Below, in pieces: positions 19,344 through 29,863 of a stretch of 64,000 bases of DNA. Position 1 is the stretch's first letter. Every line of letters starts with the position of its first letter. The position numbers and the translations under genes were made by a program. The notes beneath the pieces were generated by a model. It saw nothing but the letters and a program-made list of their open reading frames with translations. It was not told the origin of the DNA and ran no database searches. The stretch comes from an uncultured bacterium (GTDB lineage Bacteria > Zixibacteria > MSB-5A5 > GN15 > FEB-12): contig CBDVDR010000002.1 in NCBI GenBank assembly GCA_965372795.1, positions 224,001-288,000 of the forward strand, given 5' to 3'.

Positions 19344-19904
19344 ATGCTAAATATCCAAATCACAAGAGATCAGGCATATCAATTAGTTGTTGAAAAAATC
19401 GGTGTGAATAATCTGCTGAAACATATTCTTGCGGTTGAAGCCGGGATGCGAAAGATGGCGGAGTTTTTGGGTGAGGATATTGAGTTTTGGGGACTGACCG
19501 GACTTCTCCACGATCTTGATTACAACGAAACTAAAGATGATGAAAAAAAGCATACCTATATAACTGCTGACTGGCTGGAACAATATAAATTGCCCGAGGA
19601 AATGATGTATGCGATTCATGCCCATCCGGGGCATGTGCCCTGTAAGAGTAAGCTTGACTGGGCGTTGTACAGCATTGATCCGACCACCGGATTTATTGTT
19701 GCCTGTGCTTTAATGCATCCCTCGAAAAAACTTGCCTCGATTGATGAAGCCTTTATGCTTCGCCGTTTTAATGAAAAACGGTTTGCTGCCGGAGCCAGTC
19801 GGGAGAATATGAGAGCCTGTTCCAACTTGGGCATGGAGCCGGGGGATTTTTTGATGCTTATTCGTGAAGGAATGATGAATATCACTGACCAGCTTGGTCT
19901 GTAA
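19344..19904 (+). CDS. HD/HDIG-domain phosphohydrolase
   Basis: KH..AV, GLLHDLD, H, HAH, D..TG motifs. Confidence 0.88.
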   Translation: MLNIQITRDQAYQLVVEKIGVNNLLKHILAVEAGMRKMAEFLGEDIEFWGLTGLLHDLDYNETKDDEKKHTYITADWLEQYKLPEEMMYAIHAHPGHVPCKSKLDWALYSIDPTTGFIVACALMHPSKKLASIDEAFMLRRFNEKRFAAGASRENMRACSNLGMEPGDFLMLIREGMMNITDQLGL

Positions 19905-19905
19905 C

Positions 19906-21231
19906 ATGAGTCAACCCAATTCAGTATTTCGAAAAGATGTAATTGGCTGGTCGTTATATGATTTTGCCAATACAATCTATTCGATGAATATTGTTTCATT
20001 GTACCTGAAACGATATATCGTGGAAGACCTTCAAAAAGATCATCTCTATTTTGACATTCCGTTTTCAATCTCAATGCTAATTGCGGCTTTACTATTGCCG
20101 GCGTTGGGAGCGATGTCGGATCATTCGACCAAGAAAAAAATATTTGTCTTTTTGTTTACAATAACATGTTGTATCGCTGTTGGTCTGTTAAACTTTATTC
20201 CGCCTTCAATGTTAATTATTACAATGATTCTGTTTGTAATTGCAAATTTTGCCTATGAAGCAGCCCAGCCATTCTATAATTCATTGCTTTACTCAGTCTC
20301 CGATGGTAAAGAAGCGAGATTTATAAGCGGGGTAGGGGTAGCGCTTGGTTATGTCGGTTCGGTAGTGGGGATGATTTTAGTGCTTCCGTTTGTAAGCGGA
20401 TCAATCTTTTCAATTGATGTTCCATTTTTGGATGGTGCCGGTAAGACAGCTTCTTTTATCCCGACGGCAATACTGTTCCTTCTGTTTTCAATCCCTTTGC
20501 TTTTGTGGGTTAAAGAAAAAAAGGTTAAGATTACAAAAAAAATTACAGTTCGTCAGGCTTATCGGGATGTCTGGGATGGTATCCGCCAGACAAAAAAATA
20601 TCCCGGAGTTTTGCGATTTCTGATTGCTGATTATTTTTTTGAGGATGCGGTCACTACGGTAATTTTGAATATCGGGGTTTATTGTGCCGTGGTAATCGGT
20701 TTTTCTGATAATGCGATAACATTATTTTTGATAATCTCAACGATCAGTGCGGTGATCGGATCATTTATTATTGGTAAGATTTCACAGCATTACTCATTAA
20801 AGAGGCTGCTGAATATAATTATCGTCGGCTGGGTGCTGAGTTTATGCCTGTTTATTTTCACAGAAAATGAATCTATTATTTGGATTTTAGGATCAGTTGT
20901 CGGGATTCTTCTCGGCGGACTCTGGACAACAACCCGTCCGATGCTGGCCGAGTTGGTTCCGCGCGAGGAACTGGGCAGGTTTTTTGGGCTGTTTTCACTT
21001 TCAGGTCGAGCGGCTGCCATAGTTGGACCGTTAGTTTGGACAACAATTTTATATTATTTTGATGCCCAGAGATTTATGGGGCAGGCAATGGTTGACATGT
21101 TCAATCTTTCTGAAGATACTTCAGAGAAACTTCCGTATAAACTTGGTATTCTCGTATTAGTGTTTATGATGTTAATAGGATTATATATATTCAGAAAAGT
21201 TCCCCACACCCAAAGGCAGCATAATGGCTAA
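19906..21231 (+). CDS. MFS transporter (UMF1/Atg22-like)
   Basis: W.LYDFAN, GAMSD..KK, FYNSLL, GRFFGL; about 12 TM segments; start moved to ATG 19906. Confidence 0.88.
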   Translation: MSQPNSVFRKDVIGWSLYDFANTIYSMNIVSLYLKRYIVEDLQKDHLYFDIPFSISMLIAALLLPALGAMSDHSTKKKIFVFLFTITCCIAVGLLNFIPPSMLIITMILFVIANFAYEAAQPFYNSLLYSVSDGKEARFISGVGVALGYVGSVVGMILVLPFVSGSIFSIDVPFLDGAGKTASFIPTAILFLLFSIPLLLWVKEKKVKITKKITVRQAYRDVWDGIRQTKKYPGVLRFLIADYFFEDAVTTVILNIGVYCAVVIGFSDNAITLFLIISTISAVIGSFIIGKISQHYSLKRLLNIIIVGWVLSLCLFIFTENESIIWILGSVVGILLGGLWTTTRPMLAELVPREELGRFFGLFSLSGRAAAIVGPLVWTTILYYFDAQRFMGQAMVDMFNLSEDTSEKLPYKLGILVLVFMMLIGLYIFRKVPHTQRQHNG

Positions 21232-22273
21232 GCAAAATGGTGATTTCTATCATTACGGGGGAGCAATACATATTCATACGACCGAATCCGATGGCACCAG
21301 GACAATAGAAGAAGTTGTAGAATTGGGACAGCAGGTAGGACTCGATTTTATGCTCTTTTCAGATCACATGACACTTTCGAATCAGGAGAATGGCAAAGAA
21401 GGATTCTACGATAAAACTCTGGTACTTGTCGGTTATGAACATAATGATCTCGATGATAAGCATCACTATTTACTTTTTAACTCACCCAAAGTTTATGATA
21501 GCACCATTGAGGTGGCTGAATTTGTAGCTGCCGGAGCAGAAGATAAGGCCATTGGTTTTATGGCTCACCCCGATGAAATCCGCACCCGGTTGTCGGAGTA
21601 TCCGCCTTATCCCTGGATTGACTGGGATGTGAAAGGGTATACCGGGATTGAACTCTGGAACCAGATGTCGGAATGGATTGAGAAGTTGAGAAAATATAAT
21701 AAATTGATTATGCTATTTTCTCCTCGAAGATCTATCGTGGCTCCGACTGAGCGAATTTTAAAAAAATGGGATGAAGTTAATATCGAACGCAAAGTTGCCG
21801 GAATTGCCGGTGTTGATGCTCATGCTTTCCCGATAAAAGCCGGTCCGATAACAGTTGAAATATTTCCCTACAAAGTTCATTTTAAAACTCTGCGAACCTA
21901 TATAATTCTTCCCGAGCCGATGTCAGATGATTTTAAAACTGCCCGGAAGCAGATTTATAACGCTTTTAGAAATTGTAATCTCTATTTTGCCAATGTTCGA
22001 GGTGGCGATGCTGAAAATTTTGAATTTTATGCTTTATCAAATTCTACTAAAGTATCTTCGGGCGGATCAATCAATATAGAAAGCGAAGTGACTCTGCAGG
22101 TAAAACTGCCTTCAAAGGCGACCATAAGAATAATACATAATGGGAAAAAAATAGTTGAGACTTATTCAAATATTCTGCAATATAAGACTTGTGAGTCTGG
22201 TATTTATAGAGTAGAAGCCTGGCAAGGCAAACGAGGCTGGATTTTTTCAAATCATATAAGGGTAGGAGTTTAA
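21224..22273 (+). CDS. PHP-domain metallohydrolase (CehA/McbA-like) with C-terminal beta domain
   Basis: HIHT.ESDG, SDH, AHP, GIELWN, GVDAH; tail YRVEA..WIFSN.I. Confidence 0.8.
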   Translation: MAKQNGDFYHYGGAIHIHTTESDGTRTIEEVVELGQQVGLDFMLFSDHMTLSNQENGKEGFYDKTLVLVGYEHNDLDDKHHYLLFNSPKVYDSTIEVAEFVAAGAEDKAIGFMAHPDEIRTRLSEYPPYPWIDWDVKGYTGIELWNQMSEWIEKLRKYNKLIMLFSPRRSIVAPTERILKKWDEVNIERKVAGIAGVDAHAFPIKAGPITVEIFPYKVHFKTLRTYIILPEPMSDDFKTARKQIYNAFRNCNLYFANVRGGDAENFEFYALSNSTKVSSGGSINIESEVTLQVKLPSKATIRIIHNGKKIVETYSNILQYKTCESGIYRVEAWQGKRGWIFSNHIRVGV

Positions 22274-22275
22274 AC

Positions 22276-22683
22276 TTGAGCAATAACAACTTTGAGATAA
22301 TCAACTTTTTTCCAAAAGCCCCATTGGAAGTTGCCCGTGAACATGTTAAGATAAGATTCAAATTTGTCGTGATTTCAAATTCTGACTCGATGAAACTTGT
22401 CTGGGGACCGCTTGAAGATTTTCCGTATCATGCGAACCTAATTGATAAATATTGTGAATTTAAGGAAGTGCCATCGAATTGGATCAAAAAACCTGATTTG
22501 GTTGAAATTATAGACAGTGATTACGAAATCAGAGGTGGTGGCTGGATGGAAGTCAATACCGAACTGAATGTTGTCATTTTATACAGCGAATCGACCGCTT
22601 ATGGGAAATTTAAATCAGAGGATATAGAATTCGATAAATTGTTAAATCAATATTTTATCGATTATAAAATCGAAGTTAACTGA
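22276..22683 (+). CDS. Janus/Ocnus (PHPT1, phosphohistidine phosphatase)-like protein
   Basis: FKFVVI, YHANLIDK, GGG, YSESTAYG, YFIDYKI collinear with human PHPT1 FKYVLI, YHADIYDK, GGG, YGYSMAYG, KYPDYEV; AGGAG RBS 7 nt before TTG. Confidence 0.7.
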   Translation: MSNNNFEIINFFPKAPLEVAREHVKIRFKFVVISNSDSMKLVWGPLEDFPYHANLIDKYCEFKEVPSNWIKKPDLVEIIDSDYEIRGGGWMEVNTELNVVILYSESTAYGKFKSEDIEFDKLLNQYFIDYKIEVN

Positions 22684-22829
22684 AGCACTTGTGACAAAAA
22701 TATCATTCTATTTTATTGAAAAAATTTACCTAATGCCATAAAGCTTTAGATTTAAATGGAATAGAGAGGAAGCTTTATTTGCCCAACTTTACATTTTAAG
22801 TCATTTCATATAGATTTAATCAAAAATGC

Positions 22830-22858
22830 TTGACATCAATCCGTATAATGGGTAACCT
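22830..22858 (+). promoter_or_regulatory. sigma70 promoter of nuo operon TTGACA-17-TAACCT
   Basis: Perfect -35, 17-bp spacer, 30 bp upstream of nuoA. Confidence 0.6.
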
Positions 22859-22888
22859 TGAGCAATTAATTTAATAAGGTTTCTGATT

Positions 22889-23245
22889 ATGTTTGAGACA
22901 TTGTTTCCAATAATCTTATTAGTTGTTTTTGCAACAGTTTTGGCTGGATTACTGGTCAGTTTTTCCGTATTTTTGGGTAAACGCACAAAACTGGGCAAAA
23001 AAGGCGAACCGTATGAATGCGGCGTCGAGCCGGTAGGTTCTACCAAAAGTCCGGTGCCGGTCAAATTTTATATGGTAGCCATCTTATTTATCCTTTTTGA
23101 TATCGAAGTTATATTCTTATATCCCTGGGCGGTTATTTCACGAAAACTTGGAATGTTTGGACTAATTGAAATGTTCGTCTTTGTGATTATTTTATTGGTT
23201 GGGTATTTTTATGTCCTTGGAAAAGGAGCTTTGAAATGGGATTAG
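22889..23245 (+). CDS. nuoA: NADH-quinone oxidoreductase subunit A
   Basis: PYECG, FILFDIE..FLYPW, KGALKW. Confidence 0.96.
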   Translation: MFETLFPIILLVVFATVLAGLLVSFSVFLGKRTKLGKKGEPYECGVEPVGSTKSPVPVKFYMVAILFILFDIEVIFLYPWAVISRKLGMFGLIEMFVFVIILLVGYFYVLGKGALKWD

Positions 23246-23739
23246 AAGAAAAAATTCCTGATTCAATAATATTGACCAGTCTTGATAAGATGGTAAACTG
23301 GGCGCGTAAACGCTCAATGTGGCCTCTTGGATTTGGACTTGCCTGTTGTGCGATTGAGATGATTTCTACTTTTGCATCTCATTATGATCTTTCTCGCTAT
23401 GGGATGGAAGTATTACGACCTTCTCCAAGACAGGCTGATTTGATGATTGTTGCCGGCCGAGTCTCTATGAAAATGGCTCCGGTAGTCAAAACGCTATATG
23501 AGCAGATGCCTAATCCAAAATGGGTTCTTTCGATGGGGTCCTGTGCATCCTGCGGCGGTGTTTTTAACAATTATGCAATTCTTCAGGGTGTTGATAGAAT
23601 TATTCCGGTAGATATGTATGTCCCCGGATGTCCGCCCAGACCTGAACAACTGATTGATGGCATTATGAAGATTCATGCCATGGTTGAAAAAGAATCTCTT
23701 AAAGATAAACGTGAAGAATGGGGACGTAAGGTCATTTAA
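23236..23739 (+). CDS. nuoB: NADH-quinone oxidoreductase subunit B
   Basis: [26 protein letters not shown]. Confidence 0.97.
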   Translation: MGLEEKIPDSIILTSLDKMVNWARKRSMWPLGFGLACCAIEMISTFASHYDLSRYGMEVLRPSPRQADLMIVAGRVSMKMAPVVKTLYEQMPNPKWVLSMGSCASCGGVFNNYAILQGVDRIIPVDMYVPGCPPRPEQLIDGIMKIHAMVEKESLKDKREEWGRKVI

Positions 23740-23782
23740 CCGTTCTCTGTTTTTTTGAATAAACAAAAGGTTTTATATAAAT

Positions 23783-24316
23783 TTGGACCAAGGTATTAAC
23801 ATAAAAGAAAAAATTCACGAACTTATTATATCCCGCTTTGCAGATGCTGTTCTCAAAGAGGATAATTTTCGCAATGAGGATTCTTATTATATAAAACCGG
23901 ATGCTCTCTTGGAAATTGTCCAGACTCTTTATGATAATGATGAGATTGATATTAAGTTTCTTAGTGATATAACTTCGCTTGACTGGCTTGGACATGAAAA
24001 AGAGAAAGACGGCAGATTCGAAGTTATTTATAATTTGTATTCACTTACTCATAAGTACCGGTTTTTCCTGAAAGTTCTGCTCCCATCTGATGATCCTCAT
24101 ATTGACACCTTGACTGATATTTATGCCGGCGCCAATTGGATGGAGAGAGAAGTTTTTGATTTAATGGGTATCAAGTTTGACGGTCATCCTGATTTGAAAA
24201 AGATTTTAACTGCCGATGAACTTGAAGGGCATCCGTTACGTAAAGATTTCCCGCTTACTTATGAAGTCCCCAGATTCAGCTGGAATAAAGACGATCCGCC
24301 AGAGGTGATAAAGTGA
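23783..24316 (+). CDS. nuoC: NADH-quinone oxidoreductase subunit C
   Basis: ANWMEREVFDLMGI.F.GHP, GHPLRKDFP. Confidence 0.96.
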   Translation: MDQGINIKEKIHELIISRFADAVLKEDNFRNEDSYYIKPDALLEIVQTLYDNDEIDIKFLSDITSLDWLGHEKEKDGRFEVIYNLYSLTHKYRFFLKVLLPSDDPHIDTLTDIYAGANWMEREVFDLMGIKFDGHPDLKKILTADELEGHPLRKDFPLTYEVPRFSWNKDDPPEVIK

Positions 24317-25485
24317 TGGATAGAAAAGAAGTCACTTTAAACATGGGACCTCAGCACCCGTCAACTCACGGTGTGCTGCGAGTAGTCCTTACACTTGACG
24401 GTGAGAAAGTTGTCAGAGCTGAGCCGGTTGTCGGATATCTGCATACCGGTATTGAGAAAACAATGGAAAGCAAGCTATACTACCATGCTTTACCATGTAC
24501 TGACCGGATGGATTATTTAGCTCCGATGTCCAATAATTTAGGCTTCTGTCTGGCTGTTGAAAAACTGATGGATATTGAAGTGCCTGAAAAAGTGAAATGG
24601 GCACGAGTGATTTTAGCTGAACTGACAAGAATTAAATCACATCTGGTTTGGTTGGGAACTCACGCCCTTGATCTCGGGGCAATGTCAATGCTTCTTTATA
24701 CTTTCCGTGAACGGGAATCAATCGTTGATGTTTACGAAGCCTGTGGCGGTCAGAGGATGATGACCAGTTATATTAGAATTGGCGGGCTGGCACATGAACT
24801 TCCGGTTGATTTTGATAAAAAAGTAAAACAGGTATTGAAACAGATTCCTGAAGGCTTGGCTGATTACGAAAAACTGTTAACAGGTAATGAGATTTTTATT
24901 CAACGTACTAAAAATGTTGCAATAATTTCCAAAGAAGACGCTATAAATTATTCGCTTACCGGTCCGATGCTTCGAGGCAGCGGTGTGAATTATGATCTTA
25001 GAAAAGCCAACCCTTATAGCGGTTATGAAAATTTTGATTTTGATGTCCCGCTTGGAAAAAACGGCGACGCCTGGGATCGTTATAAAATTCGTCTTGAAGA
25101 GATTCGTCAATCTTTACGGATTATTAAACAAGGCTTGGACGGCATGCCGGATGGTCCTTATCGGGCTCATGTTCCGGGTGTGGTTCTTCCGCCTAAAGAA
25201 GATATTCTATATAAAATGGAATCAATGATTTTCCATTTTAAAATTATTACTGAAGGATTCAAACCTCCGGTTGGTTCGGTATATATGCCAATCGAATCGC
25301 CCAAAGGGGAGCTTGGATTCCAAATATCGTCAGATGGCACTAATAAACCACATCGGGTAAGAGTTCGTCCGCCAAGTTTTATCAATTTGGCATCACTGGC
25401 CAAATTAGTTGAAGGACGGATGTTCTCGGATGTTGTTTGTGCTATTGGAACCGTTGATATTGTATTAGGAGAAGTTGACCGATGA
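24313..25485 (+). CDS. nuoD: NADH-quinone oxidoreductase subunit D
   Basis: NMGPQHPSTHGVLR, GYLH, ESPKGE, GEVDR; start GTG 24313 or ATG 24316. Confidence 0.97.
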   Translation: MMDRKEVTLNMGPQHPSTHGVLRVVLTLDGEKVVRAEPVVGYLHTGIEKTMESKLYYHALPCTDRMDYLAPMSNNLGFCLAVEKLMDIEVPEKVKWARVILAELTRIKSHLVWLGTHALDLGAMSMLLYTFRERESIVDVYEACGGQRMMTSYIRIGGLAHELPVDFDKKVKQVLKQIPEGLADYEKLLTGNEIFIQRTKNVAIISKEDAINYSLTGPMLRGSGVNYDLRKANPYSGYENFDFDVPLGKNGDAWDRYKIRLEEIRQSLRIIKQGLDGMPDGPYRAHVPGVVLPPKEDILYKMESMIFHFKIITEGFKPPVGSVYMPIESPKGELGFQISSDGTNKPHRVRVRPPSFINLASLAKLVEGRMFSDVVCAIGTVDIVLGEVDR

Positions 25486-25958
25486 TTCTGAATGAAGAAT
25501 CAATAAAACGAATAAAAGAAAAAGCCGCTCGCTATCCGACTAAAAAGTCAGCGATATTACCGGCTATTACGATTGCCTATCGTCAGATTGGGCATCTTGA
25601 TGATGAGATATATATTGAGTTGAGTAAAGTTATTGATGTTCCGGCGGTTGATATTGCCGAAGCAGCAACTTTTTATACAATGTTCCCCAAAAAACCAACC
25701 GGTAAATATCTTTTGCAGGTTTGCAATAATATTTCATGTGCCTTAGTTGGGTCGGATTCATTAGTCGGCTATCTTGAAGATAAACTAAATATTAAAAAAG
25801 GTGAGACTACCGAAGACGGACTGTTTACTTTAATAACGGTTGAATGTCTCGGTTCATGTGCAACCGCACCGATGGTACAGGTTAATCATGATTTTGAAGA
25901 AAATCTTAACCGTGAAAAACTTGATAAAGTAATTGATGATTTGAGGGCTAAAGCCTGA
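25482..25958 (+). CDS. nuoE: NADH-quinone oxidoreductase subunit E
   Basis: ATFYTMF, VCNNISC, ECLGSC..AP. Confidence 0.95.
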   Translation: MILNEESIKRIKEKAARYPTKKSAILPAITIAYRQIGHLDDEIYIELSKVIDVPAVDIAEAATFYTMFPKKPTGKYLLQVCNNISCALVGSDSLVGYLEDKLNIKKGETTEDGLFTLITVECLGSCATAPMVQVNHDFEENLNREKLDKVIDDLRAKA

Positions 25959-27292
25959 TGTTTTATTCACCGGTTAAAACAAACGCTGCTGAAGTAGCTA
26001 AGAGTGATAGACTGCATCTGTTCAAGTTTGTAGAAGATCCTAAACAGCCGGACATAGAAACCTTCATCGAGCACGGCGGCTATAAAGCCTGGGGAAAAGT
26101 GCTAAAAGAAATGAATCCCCAGCAGGTTATTGATGAAGTTAAAAATTCCGGACTGCGAGGGAGAGGCGGAGCCGGATTTCCAACCGGAATGAAATGGAAT
26201 TTTGTCCCCAAAGACTCTACCAAACCGAGATACTTGTGTTGCAATGCCGATGAATCTGAACCGGGAACCTGCAAAGACAGAGTTTTAATGGAACGCGACC
26301 CTCATGCGGTTATCGAGGGCATGGCTATCGCATCCTATGCTATCGGCTGTCATCTAATGTTTATTTATATTCGCGGTGAATTTAATCATTGCCGGGAACA
26401 GATGGAAAAAGCAATGGAAGAAGCGTATGCAAAGGGAATTCTTGGTAAAAATATTTATGGAACCGGATATGATCTTGAAATGATCGTTCATACCGGGGGC
26501 GGGGCATATATTTGCGGTGAAGAAACTTCTATGCTGAATTCAATAGAAGGACACCGGGGAATGTCACGTATTCGTCCGCCATTTCCGGCGGTTGAAGGAC
26601 TTTATGCCTGTCCGACAATTGTAAATAATGTCGAATCTTTAGTATCATGTTCCCATATTATAAACCGTGGAGCAGAGTGGTATAAAACTCTCGGAACCGA
26701 AAAATCATCCGGTTCAAAATTGTTTTCACTTTCAGGACACGTTAAACAACCCGGTAACTTTGAAGTTGAGCTTGGTTTTTCATTAAAGAAATTGATAATG
26801 GATCCTGAGTATGGCGGCGGTATTCTGGGTGATAAAAAATTAAAAGGTGTTATCCCGGGTGGCGCATCAACACCGTTTCTGACTCCTGAAACATATGATG
26901 TCAATCTTGACTATGAAGCCCTGACAGAAGTTGATTCGATGCTTGGTTCGGGAGCAATTATTGTTTTCCACGAGGACACTTGCATTGTCTGGATTATCCA
27001 ACGCCTGATACATTTTTTCCGCCACGAATCATGCGGGAAATGCACCCCTTGTCGTGAGGGAACAGGCTGGCTTGAAAGTATGATTAATCGCATTGAAGCC
27101 GGACAGGGAAAACCGGGTGATATTGAAAAGATAGATGATATTTGTGGTAATATTCTTGGTCGTACTGTCTGTCCTTTAGGAGATGCGGCGGTAATGCCGA
27201 TTCAGTCAACGATCAGATTATTCCGGGATGAATGGCAGTATCATATTGATCATGGTAAATGTAAAGTTAAAACGGAATTTCCGTTTAGTTAA
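25958..27292 (+). CDS. nuoF: NADH-quinone oxidoreductase subunit F
   Basis: SGLRGRGGAGFPTG, NADESEPGT, YICGEET, ESCGKCTPCREG. Confidence 0.96.
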   Translation: MFYSPVKTNAAEVAKSDRLHLFKFVEDPKQPDIETFIEHGGYKAWGKVLKEMNPQQVIDEVKNSGLRGRGGAGFPTGMKWNFVPKDSTKPRYLCCNADESEPGTCKDRVLMERDPHAVIEGMAIASYAIGCHLMFIYIRGEFNHCREQMEKAMEEAYAKGILGKNIYGTGYDLEMIVHTGGGAYICGEETSMLNSIEGHRGMSRIRPPFPAVEGLYACPTIVNNVESLVSCSHIINRGAEWYKTLGTEKSSGSKLFSLSGHVKQPGNFEVELGFSLKKLIMDPEYGGGILGDKKLKGVIPGGASTPFLTPETYDVNLDYEALTEVDSMLGSGAIIVFHEDTCIVWIIQRLIHFFRHESCGKCTPCREGTGWLESMINRIEAGQGKPGDIEKIDDICGNILGRTVCPLGDAAVMPIQSTIRLFRDEWQYHIDHGKCKVKTEFPFS

Positions 27293-27298
27293 AAATAT

Positions 27299-29860
27299 AT
27301 GACTCAGGAAGCAAAAGAAAAGAAAGAGATTTCGGTGCCTACGGTAACATTGACAATTAATGGCAGAGAGATAACAGTCCCCAAAGGTACTACTGTTCTT
27401 GAAGCCTCACTTCAAAACGGGATTCATATCCCAACTTTTTGCTGGCATCCAAAGTTAAAGTCAGTCGGTTCCTGCCGGATGTGTTATGTTGAGATTGAAA
27501 AGATGCGTAATCTTATGGTCTCTTGCGCTACCGAAGCAACCAACGGCATGATTGTCCATACTGAGTCTGAAAAAGTTCTCCAGGGACGCAAAGCTGTAAT
27601 CGAATTTATCCTTGCCAACCATCCTCTTGATTGTCCGACCTGTGACAAAGGCGGGGAGTGTGATCTTCAGAACCAAACTTTTGAACATGGCTACGATGAT
27701 TCCCGTTTTGATTTTAGAAAACACCGTTTTGTAGATGAAAAAACAAATTCAACTTTTGATGATCTTAAAATCGGTCCTGAACTAGTTCTGAACCGCAATC
27801 GCTGTATCCTTTGTTATAAATGCGTCCGCGCCAATAAAGAGGCTTTCAACGAATATGATTTGGGTGCGTATGAACGCGGGAATATTACTGAAATCCATGC
27901 GGCTCCGGGACAAGCGGTCGATAATCCGTTCTCCGGTAATCTTGCTGAGATTTGTCCGGTTGGGGCTTTAACAAATTCGGATTGGCGTTATAAAATCAGA
28001 GTCTGGTTAACCCAGACCGTTGATGGTATTTGTAATTTCTCAAGTTCTGGCACGAACTTAAAGTATTATAAAGAAGGCCATCAGAATAAAATCTTTAGAG
28101 TCATGTCAAATCCCAAAGATGCTATTGATGACGGTTGGATTAACGATATTACCCGGTATGGATACCAAATTGTAAATTCTGCTGATCGCTTGAAAAAGCC
28201 TTTGATTAAAAAAGAAGGCAAACAGGTTGAAGTATCCTGGGATGAAGCGATTGAAGTTATTTATAAACGATTAACAGAAATTAAAGATAAGATGGGTTCG
28301 GTCTGTATTGGGGGACTAGCCTCTCCGAATCTTGATAACGCTTCTTTATATTCATTTAATAAGTTCTTCCGTAAAGTTCTCAATTCCAATAATGTTGATT
28401 TCAGAACTCACTACCGCATGTTGCCGGCAGATGAAAATTCGATCTTCTCAAGTTTAAGTTCACAAAACTTTTCAATTGCAGATATTGATGATTCTGATGT
28501 TATCGTAACCTTTGGATCTGATCTGATTCGTGAACATCAAAATGAGTATTTAAGAATTATCAAAGCAAAACAGTTTGGCAATGCTCGGGTTTATTCGATA
28601 AATCCTTATGCGATGAAATCGGCTGATGTTGCCAATTTAGAATTGATCTATAAACCGGGGTTTGATGAACAGGTAATAAACGGTATCTGTCTTTCAGCAA
28701 TTGAAGACAATCTGGTTGATTCATCAAAAGCCTCTGAGTTAAAAAATAATATTACGCCTAATAATTTAAATGAAATTTCTGAACTCTGCGGAGTGTCGGT
28801 GAATGATTTTAAAATAATTGCCAAGGCTCTTTCAGAAGGAATGAAAATTACTTTTATAATCGGTGAACTGATCGTTCGTTCTCGGGAGCGGGAAGCTATT
28901 TCTACGGCAGTATCTAATTTAAATTATCTGTTTGATTTGAATAATAAAGGACAGGTTGCGGTTCTGGCTCGCTATGCCAATACTAAAGGTGCTGAAAAAT
29001 TAGGTTTGTTGCCTCATCCTCATGCTGCTATCAAAAAAGAACTGGAATCTTCATTTGATTGTTATCCTCAATGTGAGGCTCATAACACTGACAGCATGCT
29101 GGCTTTGATGAAAAAGGAAGAGATTAGCGGTCTTGTTATTATGGGTTCAAATCCAATGATGTTATATCCTGACCGTGAATTTGTCAAAGAAGGATTAGGG
29201 AAACTTGATTTCCTTGTCGTGTGTGATCTGTTTGATTCTGAAACAACCGAGCTTGCTGATGTGGTTCTTCCGCTTTCAAGTTGGGCAGAGTATGAAGGCG
29301 ACTATGTGAATCTTGAAGGAAAAGTACAGACTTCAGGCAAAGCTATCAAACCGATTGGTGATGCAAAACCCGGTTATGATATTATAAAAATGATGGCTGA
29401 TAAATATGAAACATCAATTTTTGATTCTGATGATGATATGCAGACAGAAATAGATCAATTGTTGAAAATTGACAGCTTCATGAAATTACCTCAGGGGATA
29501 AGTGAAGTCAAAGTTGCTGAAGAAAAAATTGACGAAGGTTTTGATATTCCACTTTTTGTGAATGATGATCCACATCATAGCGGCCACTGGACTGAAAAAT
29601 CACCTTCTTTAATGAATTTTGCGGGCGAGGCGTATCTGGAACTTGCTCCTGAAATGGCAGAAAAATATAATCTGAACGAGGGCGACCCCGTCAGAGTTGA
29701 ATCACCGGTAAGTAAAATTATTGTACCGGTCAAAATTTCAGAACATCTTGAAAATGATGTTGTCCTGTTACCAAGGAATTTCTCATCAACTCATGTAACT
29801 TCATTGATGATGAGAAAAAAACGAGTCGACCGAGTAAAGCTTAGCCGGGTGGATGATTAA
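27299..29860 (+). CDS. nuoG: NADH-quinone oxidoreductase subunit G
   Basis: GSCRMC, NHPLDCPTCDKGGECDLQ, RCILCYKC, CPVGAL; molybdopterin-oxidoreductase-like C-terminal part. Confidence 0.95.
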   Translation: MTQEAKEKKEISVPTVTLTINGREITVPKGTTVLEASLQNGIHIPTFCWHPKLKSVGSCRMCYVEIEKMRNLMVSCATEATNGMIVHTESEKVLQGRKAVIEFILANHPLDCPTCDKGGECDLQNQTFEHGYDDSRFDFRKHRFVDEKTNSTFDDLKIGPELVLNRNRCILCYKCVRANKEAFNEYDLGAYERGNITEIHAAPGQAVDNPFSGNLAEICPVGALTNSDWRYKIRVWLTQTVDGICNFSSSGTNLKYYKEGHQNKIFRVMSNPKDAIDDGWINDITRYGYQIVNSADRLKKPLIKKEGKQVEVSWDEAIEVIYKRLTEIKDKMGSVCIGGLASPNLDNASLYSFNKFFRKVLNSNNVDFRTHYRMLPADENSIFSSLSSQNFSIADIDDSDVIVTFGSDLIREHQNEYLRIIKAKQFGNARVYSINPYAMKSADVANLELIYKPGFDEQVINGICLSAIEDNLVDSSKASELKNNITPNNLNEISELCGVSVNDFKIIAKALSEGMKITFIIGELIVRSREREAISTAVSNLNYLFDLNNKGQVAVLARYANTKGAEKLGLLPHPHAAIKKELESSFDCYPQCEAHNTDSMLALMKKEEISGLVIMGSNPMMLYPDREFVKEGLGKLDFLVVCDLFDSETTELADVVLPLSSWAEYEGDYVNLEGKVQTSGKAIKPIGDAKPGYDIIKMMADKYETSIFDSDDDMQTEIDQLLKIDSFMKLPQGISEVKVAEEKIDEGFDIPLFVNDDPHHSGHWTEKSPSLMNFAGEAYLELAPEMAEKYNLNEGDPVRVESPVSKIIVPVKISEHLENDVVLLPRNFSSTHVTSLMMRKKRVDRVKLSRVDD

Positions 29861-29863
29861 GTT

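Noticed and set aside
22689..22706. Rex site upstream of nuoA (TTGTGACAAAAATATCAT)
   Set aside because: Only one partial half-site; far from the predicted promoter
9150..25958. Sec read-through at other TGA stops (9152, 9774, 16755, 19294, 22683, 25485, 25958)
   Set aside because: Proteins end at plausible or family-typical C-termini, most stops overlap the next gene, and no redox motif would be created
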